Notes: generated by a model from the sequence alone, not told the origin. A DNA stretch of 44,211 nucleotides from Candidatus Hodarchaeota archaeon (GCA_016839785.1 JAEOTQ010000024.1:1-44211), one strand, 5' to 3'; positions 8,881-19,097 are shown, counted from the stretch's first letter. Numbers and translations: made by a program.

Positions 8881-10284
8881 TTATTGGTTTTTCCATACCA
8901 ATCTTTTAGCTTCTAATGCGTACTGCAATATTTTCTCAACAGACCGATCTTCTGTTAAATTTTGTGTTCGGATCATGCGTTTTAATCTGTTAATTTCCTT
9001 TTGAGCTCTACGTGCTTCAGTGACAAGGCCTTTTTCTTGAGCTGATTTGATTATTTGTTCCATTTCTTCAACGTCATCAAGGTCACCGACTGAGATTTTT
9101 AGCATTACATTTACTACCCTCGCTCGTAAAAATCCCCGTACATGATCTGTTGTTTCAGATATTCTTATTGCATCTTGAATTAGACTCTGAGCTTCTGATA
9201 GATGAATTGTATCGAAAAAAATACGGTATTTATAAAGAGAAATTACCGCTAAACTAATTAGAGCTCCATAAAGATCAGTAATTTTTGCTTCTCCTCGTCT
9301 ACGAAGAATATAGTTATATAAATCTTCAGCATTTGTAAAATTCAGTTTTTTGAGCTGGATATTTCCTTTAATTAAAGCTAGAGACATTTTTCCTTGGAAG
9401 TATAATCTCGATTTTATATTCGTTTGTCTTAATATCTTATTTAATTCCGTTACAAGAGTATTTATCTGTTTATAATCATCAAAATCAAGAAATAAGTCAC
9501 AAAATCTCGACAAATGACTGAATAACGCTGATTTCGGTATTTTACTCTTAATTTTTTCTATCCTGTTACTAAATTCTTCATAGAGGAAACCTAATTTTTC
9601 AGATGATGTAATTTGTTGATTCTGTGATTCAGCATCAGCCTTCGATACAAGAACCTCAATAAATTTCCTTTCATTATTTAAATATTGAAAAATTTGAGAC
9701 GCAATGTCGAAATGATGGCTAGCTTCTTCAACATTCTCTAATCGAAGAAACGCCTCTCCGATACCATGATGAATAAGTGCTTTATAATAATTTCGGTTTG
9801 TTTCGATTGCATACTGAAGCGCAACTTGGAATTTGTTAAAAATTTGACCGAATTTTCCGATACCACGATTAACCAGATACATCCCATACTGATAATTTAA
9901 CTTAATTAATCCTTCCTTGTCATTGAGTCGCTCATATATTTCTTGAGCATCATGAAACTCATTAAGAGTATCTTCCTGGGATTTAGATCTGAGGGCAACT
10001 TCTATCAATGAATCAGCTTGGCCCTTTGAGTAGTTAATTATTTCTGCGTTTTTCTTATTCTTAATGATATCAATTTCTGTTTCCATCCTTCCTTCCCAAA
10101 TTCTTTCGTACATTGCGAGGTAATTTATTGCATCAATTGTAATTTGATCATTTTCTGATTCAGGATACTTCCTGCGAATTGTATACCAAATTTCCGCTGC
10201 CACCGTATCATGACCGTGAATCCATTCATTCCATGCCCTATCAAATTCAGCTTGAACAAATGATTTGGTTTTCATTAGATTCAC
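8881..10284 (-). CDS. Tetratricopeptide-repeat (alpha-solenoid) protein
   Basis: Repeated TPR-like helices (KALIHHGIGEAFLRLENVEEASHHFDIASQIF); 1 nt downstream of tiaS. Confidence 0.75.
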   Translation of the reverse strand: MNLMKTKSFVQAEFDRAWNEWIHGHDTVAAEIWYTIRRKYPESENDQITIDAINYLAMYERIWEGRMETEIDIIKNKKNAEIINYSKGQADSLIEVALRSKSQEDTLNEFHDAQEIYERLNDKEGLIKLNYQYGMYLVNRGIGKFGQIFNKFQVALQYAIETNRNYYKALIHHGIGEAFLRLENVEEASHHFDIASQIFQYLNNERKFIEVLVSKADAESQNQQITSSEKLGFLYEEFSNRIEKIKSKIPKSALFSHLSRFCDLFLDFDDYKQINTLVTELNKILRQTNIKSRLYFQGKMSLALIKGNIQLKKLNFTNAEDLYNYILRRRGEAKITDLYGALISLAVISLYKYRIFFDTIHLSEAQSLIQDAIRISETTDHVRGFLRARVVNVMLKISVGDLDDVEEMEQIIKSAQEKGLVTEARRAQKEINRLKRMIRTQNLTEDRSVEKILQYALEAKRLVWKNQ

Positions 10285-10285
10285 T

Positions 10286-11665
10286 TCAGATGAATGCTTT
10301 ATTGACCAAGTTGTTCCGCTTCTTCAAAAAATTGTGGAATTCCATCTGAAAATTATCTTTTGAAGGTAGGTGGAATTGTAAGGTATTATTACGAGAAGCG
10401 GGCTTAGTTAAATGGCGTTGTGCACAAACTGGGATGACGTATCGTACTCCTGAATATAATCTACGCTTTTTATACTGAAATCCAATCTCCTTCTCATTTG
10501 TTTGATATTTGCATTTCTTACATCGAAATCCCTGATTCTGCCCGAGAGATTTTAGTGCAGTGTTACATTGTGGGCATTTCAATGGAATTCGTGCTAATGG
10601 TTGTTGTAGTTTAATAATTTCAAATTGTTCCAAATTTATCGTTATTGGATAATCTTCAGAGGCAGGCCTTACTCCACCATATACCATTAATTCATCTCCC
10701 CTTATTAACTCTCTTACAAGTTTCCTAAATTTCTTAGTTGGTTCATAGGCTGCACAATTAATGATTTTTTTTCCAGTATCTATAGAAAATAAAACGTGTC
10801 CACCATTTATTAAATATGGTTCCGATTTAACTATTCCTCTAACTTTTACAGAAAAGTACGGTTTAATATCCTCTCCCACAAATTCCTTAGGGAAATGAGG
10901 TTGAGTGTGTTGATTCGACCGAAATAACATAACAGAACTAATTTTTTCCAGTATTTTAATTTCGTTCCACATTTGAATAACAGATTTAGCGGTTTCTCCA
11001 CGTATCCCTACGTAAACTGGGTCTGGACCGTGGGGAGCAATCATTAATTCATTGTGTACATAATCAAAATTCCCAAATGATAATGATATTAATTTATCAG
11101 CAGTTATTACCGATTTTTCATCAACCATGCGTGTAGATCTTGTCTGTTTTGGGTCCCTGTATGCAATGAATTCAAATGTGTAGTCAGAATAAAGATCAAC
11201 ACCAATTGCTGCGCTTGCTCCAATTAATCCTCTACCCTTCTTAATAGAATAATACCTACCATTGAAGTCATGTTTTAGAATTTTTTTCATTTCCGCTAAT
11301 GTAATAACGGTATAAAGTGCCTTATGATAAATCTTTTTAGTTCTTGGATCAGGTTTTCCAACCTGTAGGACAAGTCCAGGATCAGTATTTTTTGCCTTAA
11401 TGTCTGAATGGGTTTTAACTAGATCAATACATTTATCCCAAATTTTTTCTATTTGATGAGTGGTAGAAATAAAACTAATGGAAACTGCACCGTTTCCTCG
11501 AGTTTTATAAGGAATATTTGGATTTAATCTCACTAATTTAGGAAAATCCAGGAATTCGACACCATGATTCTCCAAGGTATCAACGAGTAGTGTTGCTAAA
11601 TATGTTGTACACATACCCTCATGAGAATCAGTATCATCAATACCAATATGATATTCCTTGAGCAT
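10286..11665 (-). CDS. tiaS: tRNA(Ile2) agmatinylcytidine synthase TiaS
   Basis: IGIDDTDSHEGMCTTY, LVRLNPNIPYKTRGNG, PHGPDPV, GGHV, AYEPTK, C-terminal Zn ribbon, RHLTKP. Confidence 0.97.
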   Translation of the reverse strand: MLKEYHIGIDDTDSHEGMCTTYLATLLVDTLENHGVEFLDFPKLVRLNPNIPYKTRGNGAVSISFISTTHQIEKIWDKCIDLVKTHSDIKAKNTDPGLVLQVGKPDPRTKKIYHKALYTVITLAEMKKILKHDFNGRYYSIKKGRGLIGASAAIGVDLYSDYTFEFIAYRDPKQTRSTRMVDEKSVITADKLISLSFGNFDYVHNELMIAPHGPDPVYVGIRGETAKSVIQMWNEIKILEKISSVMLFRSNQHTQPHFPKEFVGEDIKPYFSVKVRGIVKSEPYLINGGHVLFSIDTGKKIINCAAYEPTKKFRKLVRELIRGDELMVYGGVRPASEDYPITINLEQFEIIKLQQPLARIPLKCPQCNTALKSLGQNQGFRCKKCKYQTNEKEIGFQYKKRRLYSGVRYVIPVCAQRHLTKPASRNNTLQFHLPSKDNFQMEFHNFLKKRNNLVNKAFI

Positions 11666-11686
11666 TAAATTGTCATTTCCTAGAAT

Positions 11687-12604
11687 TTAAAGTTTAGAAA
11701 GAACACCTGCAATTAAAAGTGGAAGAACTAAGGTAACATCACCCATAATATCAATCCATTTAGCATCGGATGTCACTTTTCCCCATGAAACTGCTTCTTT
11801 TATAGAAGCGCCACTAACCCCTCCATGTTCGGGTCGATCCATCGTAATTTGAACAGCATAGCTTAATCCGTCATGTAATTGTGACCCGTTCATAATGAAA
11901 TGCTTTGGAACTCCACCTCCCAGGATTAGAGCTCCCATTTTTTTGGATCCATAGATTATTTCTGAAAATTCACTATGATCTTTTAATACATCAATGTTTA
12001 ATGGTTTAATTTGCGAAAAAAGCCAAGATTGTACACCTAACATGCTGTCAGCAAAGGACGGGGTAAAAATAGGAATTTCCTTTTCATGTGCTATTCTAAC
12101 GATAGAATTTGGATCAGTTACATATCGTCCAATTTCATAAATAAACCGGCGTGTACTCATGGATTCTTCAGGGACATGATCCAAAATCTTCTGGAGTAAG
12201 TTTTCAAATTTTATAAAAGAATCATACGAAATAAATGTATCGAAGATTCTACTCACATCAAGTTCCTTTATTTTTTTATCATCTAGCAGACTATTTCCAT
12301 GGAAATGTGATCCTCCTGAGGTTTCTAATAAATCATGGCTTAAATTCGCCCCAGTAGTAACTATACAATCAATCATCTTATTATCGATCATTTTATATAT
12401 AATTTTCCGCATTCCACCAGGAATGAGAGCGCCAGCAAGTCCTAAAAAGACAGTACATGAATCATCCTTAATCATTTCCACTAAAAGATCAGTAGCTAGT
12501 CCAACTTTCCGACAAGTAAATCCTCCATTCTTCATGGAATCTAAAAGCTCAGATACACTCATATTAGGATTAATATCTACCTGTTTCATTTTGTGTAGTT
12601 TCAT
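11687..12604 (-). CDS. dys: Deoxyhypusine synthase
   Basis: IVTTGANLSHD, LGGGVPKH, GGVSGASIKEAVSWGK with the active-site Lys retained. Confidence 0.95.
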   Translation of the reverse strand: MKLHKMKQVDINPNMSVSELLDSMKNGGFTCRKVGLATDLLVEMIKDDSCTVFLGLAGALIPGGMRKIIYKMIDNKMIDCIVTTGANLSHDLLETSGGSHFHGNSLLDDKKIKELDVSRIFDTFISYDSFIKFENLLQKILDHVPEESMSTRRFIYEIGRYVTDPNSIVRIAHEKEIPIFTPSFADSMLGVQSWLFSQIKPLNIDVLKDHSEFSEIIYGSKKMGALILGGGVPKHFIMNGSQLHDGLSYAVQITMDRPEHGGVSGASIKEAVSWGKVTSDAKWIDIMGDVTLVLPLLIAGVLSKL

Positions 12605-12794
12605 ATTTGATAGATCTCATTTATTATGTTGATAAATTATCGAGACTCATCGTTATATCTAATAGGGGGGTCACTGGTACAAATGACTCTTCATCTAAAA
12701 TTCTTTGAGACACACTTCTCATAAAATTTAAGTCTTAAAACAAAATCTAAAACGTGTTTTTTATCAAAGGATTTCAGATCATTGTCATTACATT

Positions 12795-14093
12795 CTAATT
12801 ATGGATAAAATAAACTGAAGGGCGTTCTTCCATACAATACGTTGAATTGAAAGATATTGAATACGCTCCTGCTTGTAAAAAGACAATATATTCTTTTTCT
12901 TCTATTTTGCCTAATAAAACCAAACCATCTAATTCATCTTTTCCTTTATAGTAATCTAACGTATCATTAGACGATCCCACAATTTGATACTTAATAAGTG
13001 GTACTTCGAGATTGTATTTCACCTTTTTGATTGGGAACTGCCAATCTGCAATTATAACATCTGGGATAGTATTGTAAAAACTTCCATTAACACATGCGAT
13101 GTTTAAATTGGATTCTCTTTCTTTAATCACAGAGATTTCAAACGCTAAAATACCCGCAGGAGCGGTTAAATATCTTCCTGATTCAAGAATTAAATCTAAT
13201 GATGATAGTTGACCAGCAAAGACTTCTTTTATTACTTCGCTGAACGATTCGATTCTTGGAACATTTTTTTCTCCGTAATAAATAGGAAATCCTCCCCCGA
13301 TATCAAGTGTATTTACTTTGAGGCCTATCTCCTCAATTTGGGTAATTAGAATGCTTATTTTTCTCATTCCTTCCCTATATTGATCCAAATTTACGATTTG
13401 GCTTCCTAAATGAGCATGAAGACCTTGAAAATTCAACCATTTCGATTTCACACAATAATCGAATATATCTTTGAATTGGGAATCCATTGTCAAGTTTTCT
13501 GGCGTTAGAATACCAATTTTACTATTCCTACCTGCACACGAAAATAAGGTATCTTCTAATTGTATACCCGGATTTACACGTAGTAAAATATTTACCGAGA
13601 CTTCTAATGCCTCACAGACTCCCTCAATTCTTTTCATATCACTCCAAGAATCAATTGCAAATAAACCAATCCCTTGATCAACGCAATACTCAATCGTCGA
13701 CACATTTTTCACAATGTTAGTAAATATAATCTTGCTTGGATCCCCACCAAGAGCATTGATATGTTTTACTTCTCCTATAGAGGTAACTTCAAAATAAGCA
13801 TTTTTTTCCATGAATGTCTGAGCCACCTCAGTTAGGGGATTAGATTTCACAGAAAAAGCAATCTTCAAAGATTGGCTATTAAGGGAAGTAAAGGCCTTGT
13901 AAATTCTTTCAAATTGTAGTTGAAGAATTTTCTGAGAAAACACAAATAATGGAGTCTTATGCTGTTTTAGGAGCTCTTCTAGGTTCAATTCATTGAAATA
14001 AAGATTATTCCCTTGGTATTCAAACAATAAATACTCCTTTTCATCTAGAATATCTCTTTCAGAGTTCAAGACTTCTGTAGCTCCTACCTTCAA
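12795..14093 (-). CDS. PLP-dependent fold-III (Orn/DAP/Arg) decarboxylase
   Basis: FSVKSNP (PLP Lys), LRVNP, HAHLGSQ, DIGGGFP, ESGRYL, AGAY; substrate inferred only from context. Confidence 0.88.
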   Translation of the reverse strand: MKVGATEVLNSERDILDEKEYLLFEYQGNNLYFNELNLEELLKQHKTPLFVFSQKILQLQFERIYKAFTSLNSQSLKIAFSVKSNPLTEVAQTFMEKNAYFEVTSIGEVKHINALGGDPSKIIFTNIVKNVSTIEYCVDQGIGLFAIDSWSDMKRIEGVCEALEVSVNILLRVNPGIQLEDTLFSCAGRNSKIGILTPENLTMDSQFKDIFDYCVKSKWLNFQGLHAHLGSQIVNLDQYREGMRKISILITQIEEIGLKVNTLDIGGGFPIYYGEKNVPRIESFSEVIKEVFAGQLSSLDLILESGRYLTAPAGILAFEISVIKERESNLNIACVNGSFYNTIPDVIIADWQFPIKKVKYNLEVPLIKYQIVGSSNDTLDYYKGKDELDGLVLLGKIEEKEYIVFLQAGAYSISFNSTYCMEERPSVYFIHN

Positions 14094-14179
14094 AGAACCA
14101 GTGAACTATAAATCAGATTAGTCTTTTCAGGAAATATTATTTATATTTGTTTTAGATATTTATTTATGTGTGATTCCTC

Positions 14180-15112
14180 GTGAGTAATCTAGATTTTGTA
14201 TCTCACTATCCACAGTTATTTTGTGGGCTTATTAAAAATGATTGGGAAGACAAGACGCCCAACTATAATATTTTAGGTGTTCCGTTAGATGTTTCTTCAT
14301 CCTATCGTCCTGGGGCCCGTTTTGGTCCTGATAAATTAAGAAGAATACTTCAATCCGAGAATTTTGAGTGTGTTTCAGAGAAAGGGATAGATTTAACAAA
14401 GTATTTTCGACTTAAAGATTGGGGAAATGTTGGAATCATTAATACTGATATAGAAAAAAGTTTAAGACGAGTAAGTGAGGGTGTTGTTGATTTAATTTCA
14501 TTTCAACATCCATTTCTTCTCTTGGGAGGTGATCATAGTATTACGATCGGTGTTGGTAACGCATTTGAGAAGGCTAATATTCCTGTTCACACCATTTACA
14601 TCGATGCACATTTGGATCTTTATGATGAGGTGAATGAATCTCGTTTTTCTCACGCATGTTCCCTAAAGAGGCTCTCCGAATTAGAAATATTTGATGGGGC
14701 AACTATTCTCGGATACAGAGATTTTTTAAAAGAACAAGTCGATTATGCGAAGAAGAAGAATATGTTATTATATTCTACATCCTCTTTACATCATCAGACA
14801 AGTTTATACGATTTTGGAACTTCGTTAATTCGAAAATTAGAGAAAAAGAAACAACACTTTCATATTTCCATTGATTTAGACGTCTTGGATCCAAGTTTTG
14901 CTCCTGGAGTAGGTAATCCTGTGGCATGTGGGCTATCTAGCCGTGAATTAATTTCCTTACTCTCTGGGATTTTTAATGGACTTCCCTCAGAGAAAAAATT
15001 TAGCTGGGATATCGTGGAGTATAATCCTCTTTTTGATACATCAGATATAACTGCCTTCTTCGTAATTAAACTCCTAATTGAATTATTAGGGGAACAATTG
15101 AAATTTGTTTAA
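14180..15112 (+). CDS. speB: Agmatinase (ureohydrolase family)
   Basis: SYRPGARFGP, GGDHS, DAHLD, SIDLDVLDPSFAPGVGNP, DIVEYNP. Confidence 0.9.
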   Translation: MSNLDFVSHYPQLFCGLIKNDWEDKTPNYNILGVPLDVSSSYRPGARFGPDKLRRILQSENFECVSEKGIDLTKYFRLKDWGNVGIINTDIEKSLRRVSEGVVDLISFQHPFLLLGGDHSITIGVGNAFEKANIPVHTIYIDAHLDLYDEVNESRFSHACSLKRLSELEIFDGATILGYRDFLKEQVDYAKKKNMLLYSTSSLHHQTSLYDFGTSLIRKLEKKKQHFHISIDLDVLDPSFAPGVGNPVACGLSSRELISLLSGIFNGLPSEKKFSWDIVEYNPLFDTSDITAFFVIKLLIELLGEQLKFV

Positions 15113-15267
15113 GGGATAATGTCATTCTAACTTTTCATTTTCCAGAAATTTCATATTAATTGAAGTGAACACCCTTTCTGTTCCAAGAGATGCTAGAATC
15201 TTGTTCCAGAGCTGAGAAAAATAAAAAAAGAAGATCCGAATTTCAAAGGATTAATTGGTGAAAATCT

Positions 15268-16479
15268 ATGACACGAGATCCAAGTAGCTTTTTTGTCACT
15301 GAAATGGAAGAAATTCGTAACGCAGGTCGAGAATGGGTTCATCGAACTCTACAAGGCGCTTCTGATACTTTATGTAAGGTTGAGGGTAAGGAAGTAATCA
15401 TGTTATGTTCAAATAATTATCTTGGATTGAGTAATCATCCTAAAATGAAGGAAGCAGCAATTCAGTCTATCAAAACCCATGGTGTTGGCTCAGGATCTGT
15501 CCGAGCCATCGCAGGTAATATGGATTTACATGTACAATTAGAGGAACGTCTTGCAGACTTTAAAGAACAAGAAGCTGGATTTGTTACCTCCGCTGGCTTC
15601 ACTGCAAACGAAGGAATCATACCACAGTTAGCTCCTGGTAAAAACGATATCATTCTGTCAGACGAGCTGAATCATGGATCAATAATTGATGGAGTACGAT
15701 TATCGAAAGCTAAACGGGCTGTATATAAACACAATGATATGGGCGATTTAGAAAAGGTTATAGCTGAGCTAGATAAGCAGAATCCGAGGAGAATTCTCCT
15801 GATCACTGATGGAGTATTTTCAATGGATGGAGATGCAGCCAAATTAGACGAAATATACAAGATAGCTTCTCCTTATGGTGCAATGTTCTATGTTGATGAT
15901 GCCCATGGAGATGGGGTACTTGGACGAAATCACTCAGGCAAGGGGCTTGTTGATCATTACAACTTACAAAGGAAAGTAGATATTGAAATGGGCACTTTTT
16001 CAAAGGCCTTTGGCACGATGGGTGGTTCAGTTGTTGGATCAAAAGAGTTGGTGACTTGGTGTAGGAATAAAACTCGATCATATTTATTATCAGGGAGTCA
16101 CCCACCTGCCACTGCAGCAGCTTCTATTAAAGCCTTAGATCTAATTGAACATGAGGAACCAGACTTAGTACCAAGATTGTGGGATAATATTGACTATTTT
16201 AAAAAGAGAATTATCGAGATGGGATATAATCATGATATTACTGACGCATCTACAACAGCTATTATACCCATTATCTGTGGTGATCCACTTAAAGCAAAAG
16301 AGATATCAAATTCATTGTATAGAGATTACGGGATTTTCGCTCTTCCAATTGTGTTCCCTATGGTTCCTAGAGGATTAGATAGGATACGTGTACAGGCAAA
16401 TGCAGCTCTTACAAAAGAACAATTGGATGAAGGAATTCGAGCGTTTGAGGAGCTTGGAAACAAACTAAAAATCTTCTGA
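15268..16479 (+). CDS. Alpha-oxoamine synthase family enzyme (glycine C-acetyltransferase Kbl / BioF-like)
   Basis: CSNNYLGL, SDELNHGSIIDG, TDGVFSMDGD, VDDAHG, GTFSKAFG. Confidence 0.9.
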   Translation: MTRDPSSFFVTEMEEIRNAGREWVHRTLQGASDTLCKVEGKEVIMLCSNNYLGLSNHPKMKEAAIQSIKTHGVGSGSVRAIAGNMDLHVQLEERLADFKEQEAGFVTSAGFTANEGIIPQLAPGKNDIILSDELNHGSIIDGVRLSKAKRAVYKHNDMGDLEKVIAELDKQNPRRILLITDGVFSMDGDAAKLDEIYKIASPYGAMFYVDDAHGDGVLGRNHSGKGLVDHYNLQRKVDIEMGTFSKAFGTMGGSVVGSKELVTWCRNKTRSYLLSGSHPPATAAASIKALDLIEHEEPDLVPRLWDNIDYFKKRIIEMGYNHDITDASTTAIIPIICGDPLKAKEISNSLYRDYGIFALPIVFPMVPRGLDRIRVQANAALTKEQLDEGIRAFEELGNKLKIF

Positions 16480-16490
16480 CAATTTCCAAT

Positions 16491-16916
16491 TTATTCTTCC
16501 TCTTCTCCTGTATGGACAAGTTTACGACGGCTTTTTACCATCACCTTACCAGAATAGCGGAATACCTGTCCACAATCTGGACAATACCAGTACTTTCGGG
16601 ATGCCTCATCCCCGCTGGAGAATTGATAAAAGCCTTGAAAAACTGCCCTAGGGTGTCGACATCGTTTCTTTTTCCGTTGTTCATATGTCTGGGTCATTAA
16701 TTTCGGAATTGGTGGCGGTTCATCAACTAAGATCCGTGTCTTATCCTTTTCAGTATGTTTTATGAATGTGGTTTCTTGAAATGCTTCTTTATCTACTTTT
16801 TCGCCTTCGAATATTTCTTTTTTACATTTTGGACACCAATATATCAGTTTCCTTTCTGACCCAATCCTCTGTGTTGTAATCAAAGTACCACAGGTCTCGC
16901 AGAAAGGGCTAGGCAT
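16491..16916 (-). CDS. TFS/RpoM-like two-zinc-ribbon transcription factor (divergent)
   Basis: FCETCG...CPKC N-terminal ribbon; C-x-H...QFSSGDEA...YCPDCG C-terminal ribbon; ATG 16916 follows a GAGGA SD. Confidence 0.8.
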   Translation of the reverse strand: MPSPFCETCGTLITTQRIGSERKLIYWCPKCKKEIFEGEKVDKEAFQETTFIKHTEKDKTRILVDEPPPIPKLMTQTYEQRKKKRCRHPRAVFQGFYQFSSGDEASRKYWYCPDCGQVFRYSGKVMVKSRRKLVHTGEEEE

Positions 16917-17138
16917 TATAGTAATCCTCAATTTTCAATCAGTTATCAGGATTATGGAATTATTTTCTCCTTTCAGATGTTTTTCTTAGATCGAGGTTTA
17001 CCTTTATATTCAGAATTAACTTAAAACGATGCTAAAAATCTATAAAATAGTCATTTATCTAAATAGCTTGTTTTGTACGCTTATAATTTGATTGATATGA
17101 GTTATTATTTGGATTAAAGATTTACTGCGGAGATATTT

Positions 17139-19097
17139 TTGAAAATTCCATATTTAGGTAAAGTGAGACTTCATTGGTGCGACTATTGCCAAGTTCCACT
17201 TATAAGAAAACACTGTAGTACCTGTGGTAATTCTGGGCAAAAGCTTAAGGTCACCCCTCCAGGAGATATTCGTCCTGCATTCGATGGAGATGTATCACGA
17301 TTAATTAAATTGGTGGAAATTCAATATGGAGCGGAATCAGCTAATATTTTCCGAAATATGATTAAAAATCAGATACTTCTTCTAAATAAAGTCCCTTATA
17401 TTGATAGAATGGATGAAATATATTATCTTGGAAAAACAATTGGGCTACTGCGTTTTAATCCGCTTAAAGAGGATTTCGAGCTACTACCAAAACTTGCTTT
17501 AGCACGTAAGCTTTGGCATAAGAATACATCTCATTGGATTGAAGTTGACATTGGAGCAAGAGAACCAATTAAGAAGGGAGCTTCCGTCCTTACTCCTGGC
17601 ATAACAAAAATTCATGGAGAAATCAACCTGAATGATCCAACGATGATTGTTTGTCGAGATGAGGTCATCGCTGTTGGTTTAGCAAAGATGGACAGCAGAA
17701 CTATGCTTAATTCTCCCCGTGGGATTGCCATTAAGACAAAATACAGAAAAGAATTATTCCTACCTGAGCCTTTATCTCATTCTTCATGGAAAAAAATAAT
17801 TGAAGCTAATCACCAATCGCTAACTGATATAGAGGATGAAGCTATAAATTTTATCGAGAAATCGGCTCAGAATTTCAAAGAAGTTGTAGTGGCTTATTCA
17901 GGAGGTAAAGATTCCCTAGCAACGCTGAACCTCGTAGCTCAATCTGATGTTCCATATGAGATAATTTTTGCAGATACAGGATTAGAATATCCTGAAACAC
18001 TTGAGAATGTTGAACTAATAGGAAAAAATTACGGACGAAAAGTTTTAGTTGATGAAAATGAGACATGGGATTTTTGGGATCGGTTCGAGCAGTTCGGACC
18101 TCCTACACGAAACTCTCGGTGGTGTTGTAAATCTGCCAAACTCGCTCCTGTTAATTCTATATTAGAGAAGAATTTTCCAGATGCTGGTCAAGTCTTAACA
18201 TTTTTGGGTAAACGTCGCTATGAATCGTTAGGACGTTCCCAAGAACCCCGTATCTCTCAGAATCCTTGGATACCAAAGCAAGTATCAGCCTCACCAATCA
18301 ATAATTGGAATGCCTTTGAGGTTTATTTATATATTAAAGCTCGGGATCTTATGGAACTTCTAAATCCGCTTTATAACAAGGGTTTCATTCGAATTGGCTG
18401 TTGGGTTTGTCCAGCTTCCTCTCTAGCTGATTTTTCCATCATGGAAAAGACTCATCCTAATCTCCTCAATAAGTTAAATAGCAGATTAGCAAGAATAAAA
18501 TCAGGGCGGAATTTTCCTCGTCAATACATATCTTGGGGTTTATGGCGATGGAAACTCCTTCCATCGAAAGTTTTGAAGCTACTTAAAGGAAAGAATATTG
18601 ATTACAAAATAAAAAATTCTTCATCAGAATCTAGCTCACATCTTCAGTTTTTTATAACACAATCCCCTTCACCCTGTATCTTGGGAGGATTTTCCAGTTA
18701 TATTTCAGCAAATCAATTACTCGAACTAGAATTGGTTGATCAATTACTTCCAATTATTGGGAAAACAAACTTCAATGAGGAATTAGATGTTCTTTACTGC
18801 ACAGATTCCAAAGGTTGTCGAACCGATCTTTTTCGGGATGGATCAGTCATTGTAAGAGACGATTCGAAGGATATTTTGGAAATTAAAGCAGTGGATTTTG
18901 CAAAAACAATATTTCGTATTACCTTTTGCGATGGTTGTGGTATTTGTACCTTTAATTGCGAAGAAGAAGCGTTATTTCTTGAAAGCGGAAAAATAAATGT
19001 TTATTCTGAAAAATGTATTCATTGCATGAAGTGTAACAGTTTTTGTCCTTTGTTAAGATATCGTAGCGATACCAGTTACGTAATTAAGGATGATTAA
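17139..19097 (+). CDS. PAPS-reductase-family PP-loop protein with N-terminal Zn finger, PUA domain and C-terminal 2x[4Fe-4S] domain
   Basis: WCDYC/CSTC; VDIGA...GASVLTPGI (PUA); SGGKDS; RWCCKSAK; RIGCWVCP; CDGCGICTFNC and CIHCMKCNSFCP. Confidence 0.9.
   Translation: MKIPYLGKVRLHWCDYCQVPLIRKHCSTCGNSGQKLKVTPPGDIRPAFDGDVSRLIKLVEIQYGAESANIFRNMIKNQILLLNKVPYIDRMDEIYYLGKTIGLLRFNPLKEDFELLPKLALARKLWHKNTSHWIEVDIGAREPIKKGASVLTPGITKIHGEINLNDPTMIVCRDEVIAVGLAKMDSRTMLNSPRGIAIKTKYRKELFLPEPLSHSSWKKIIEANHQSLTDIEDEAINFIEKSAQNFKEVVVAYSGGKDSLATLNLVAQSDVPYEIIFADTGLEYPETLENVELIGKNYGRKVLVDENETWDFWDRFEQFGPPTRNSRWCCKSAKLAPVNSILEKNFPDAGQVLTFLGKRRYESLGRSQEPRISQNPWIPKQVSASPINNWNAFEVYLYIKARDLMELLNPLYNKGFIRIGCWVCPASSLADFSIMEKTHPNLLNKLNSRLARIKSGRNFPRQYISWGLWRWKLLPSKVLKLLKGKNIDYKIKNSSSESSSHLQFFITQSPSPCILGGFSSYISANQLLELELVDQLLPIIGKTNFNEELDVLYCTDSKGCRTDLFRDGSVIVRDDSKDILEIKAVDFAKTIFRITFCDGCGICTFNCEEEALFLESGKINVYSEKCIHCMKCNSFCPLLRYRSDTSYVIKDD

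Noticed and set aside
12605-12794. Possible polyamine riboswitch or C/D RNA between the decarboxylase and dys
   Set aside because: Only a weak GGGTCA/TGACTC hairpin and partial GATGA boxes; no recognisable guide.
15268-16479. Serine palmitoyltransferase (sphingolipid) interpretation
   Set aside because: Motifs are shared across the family and fit Kbl/BioF equally well; no lipid genes adjacent.
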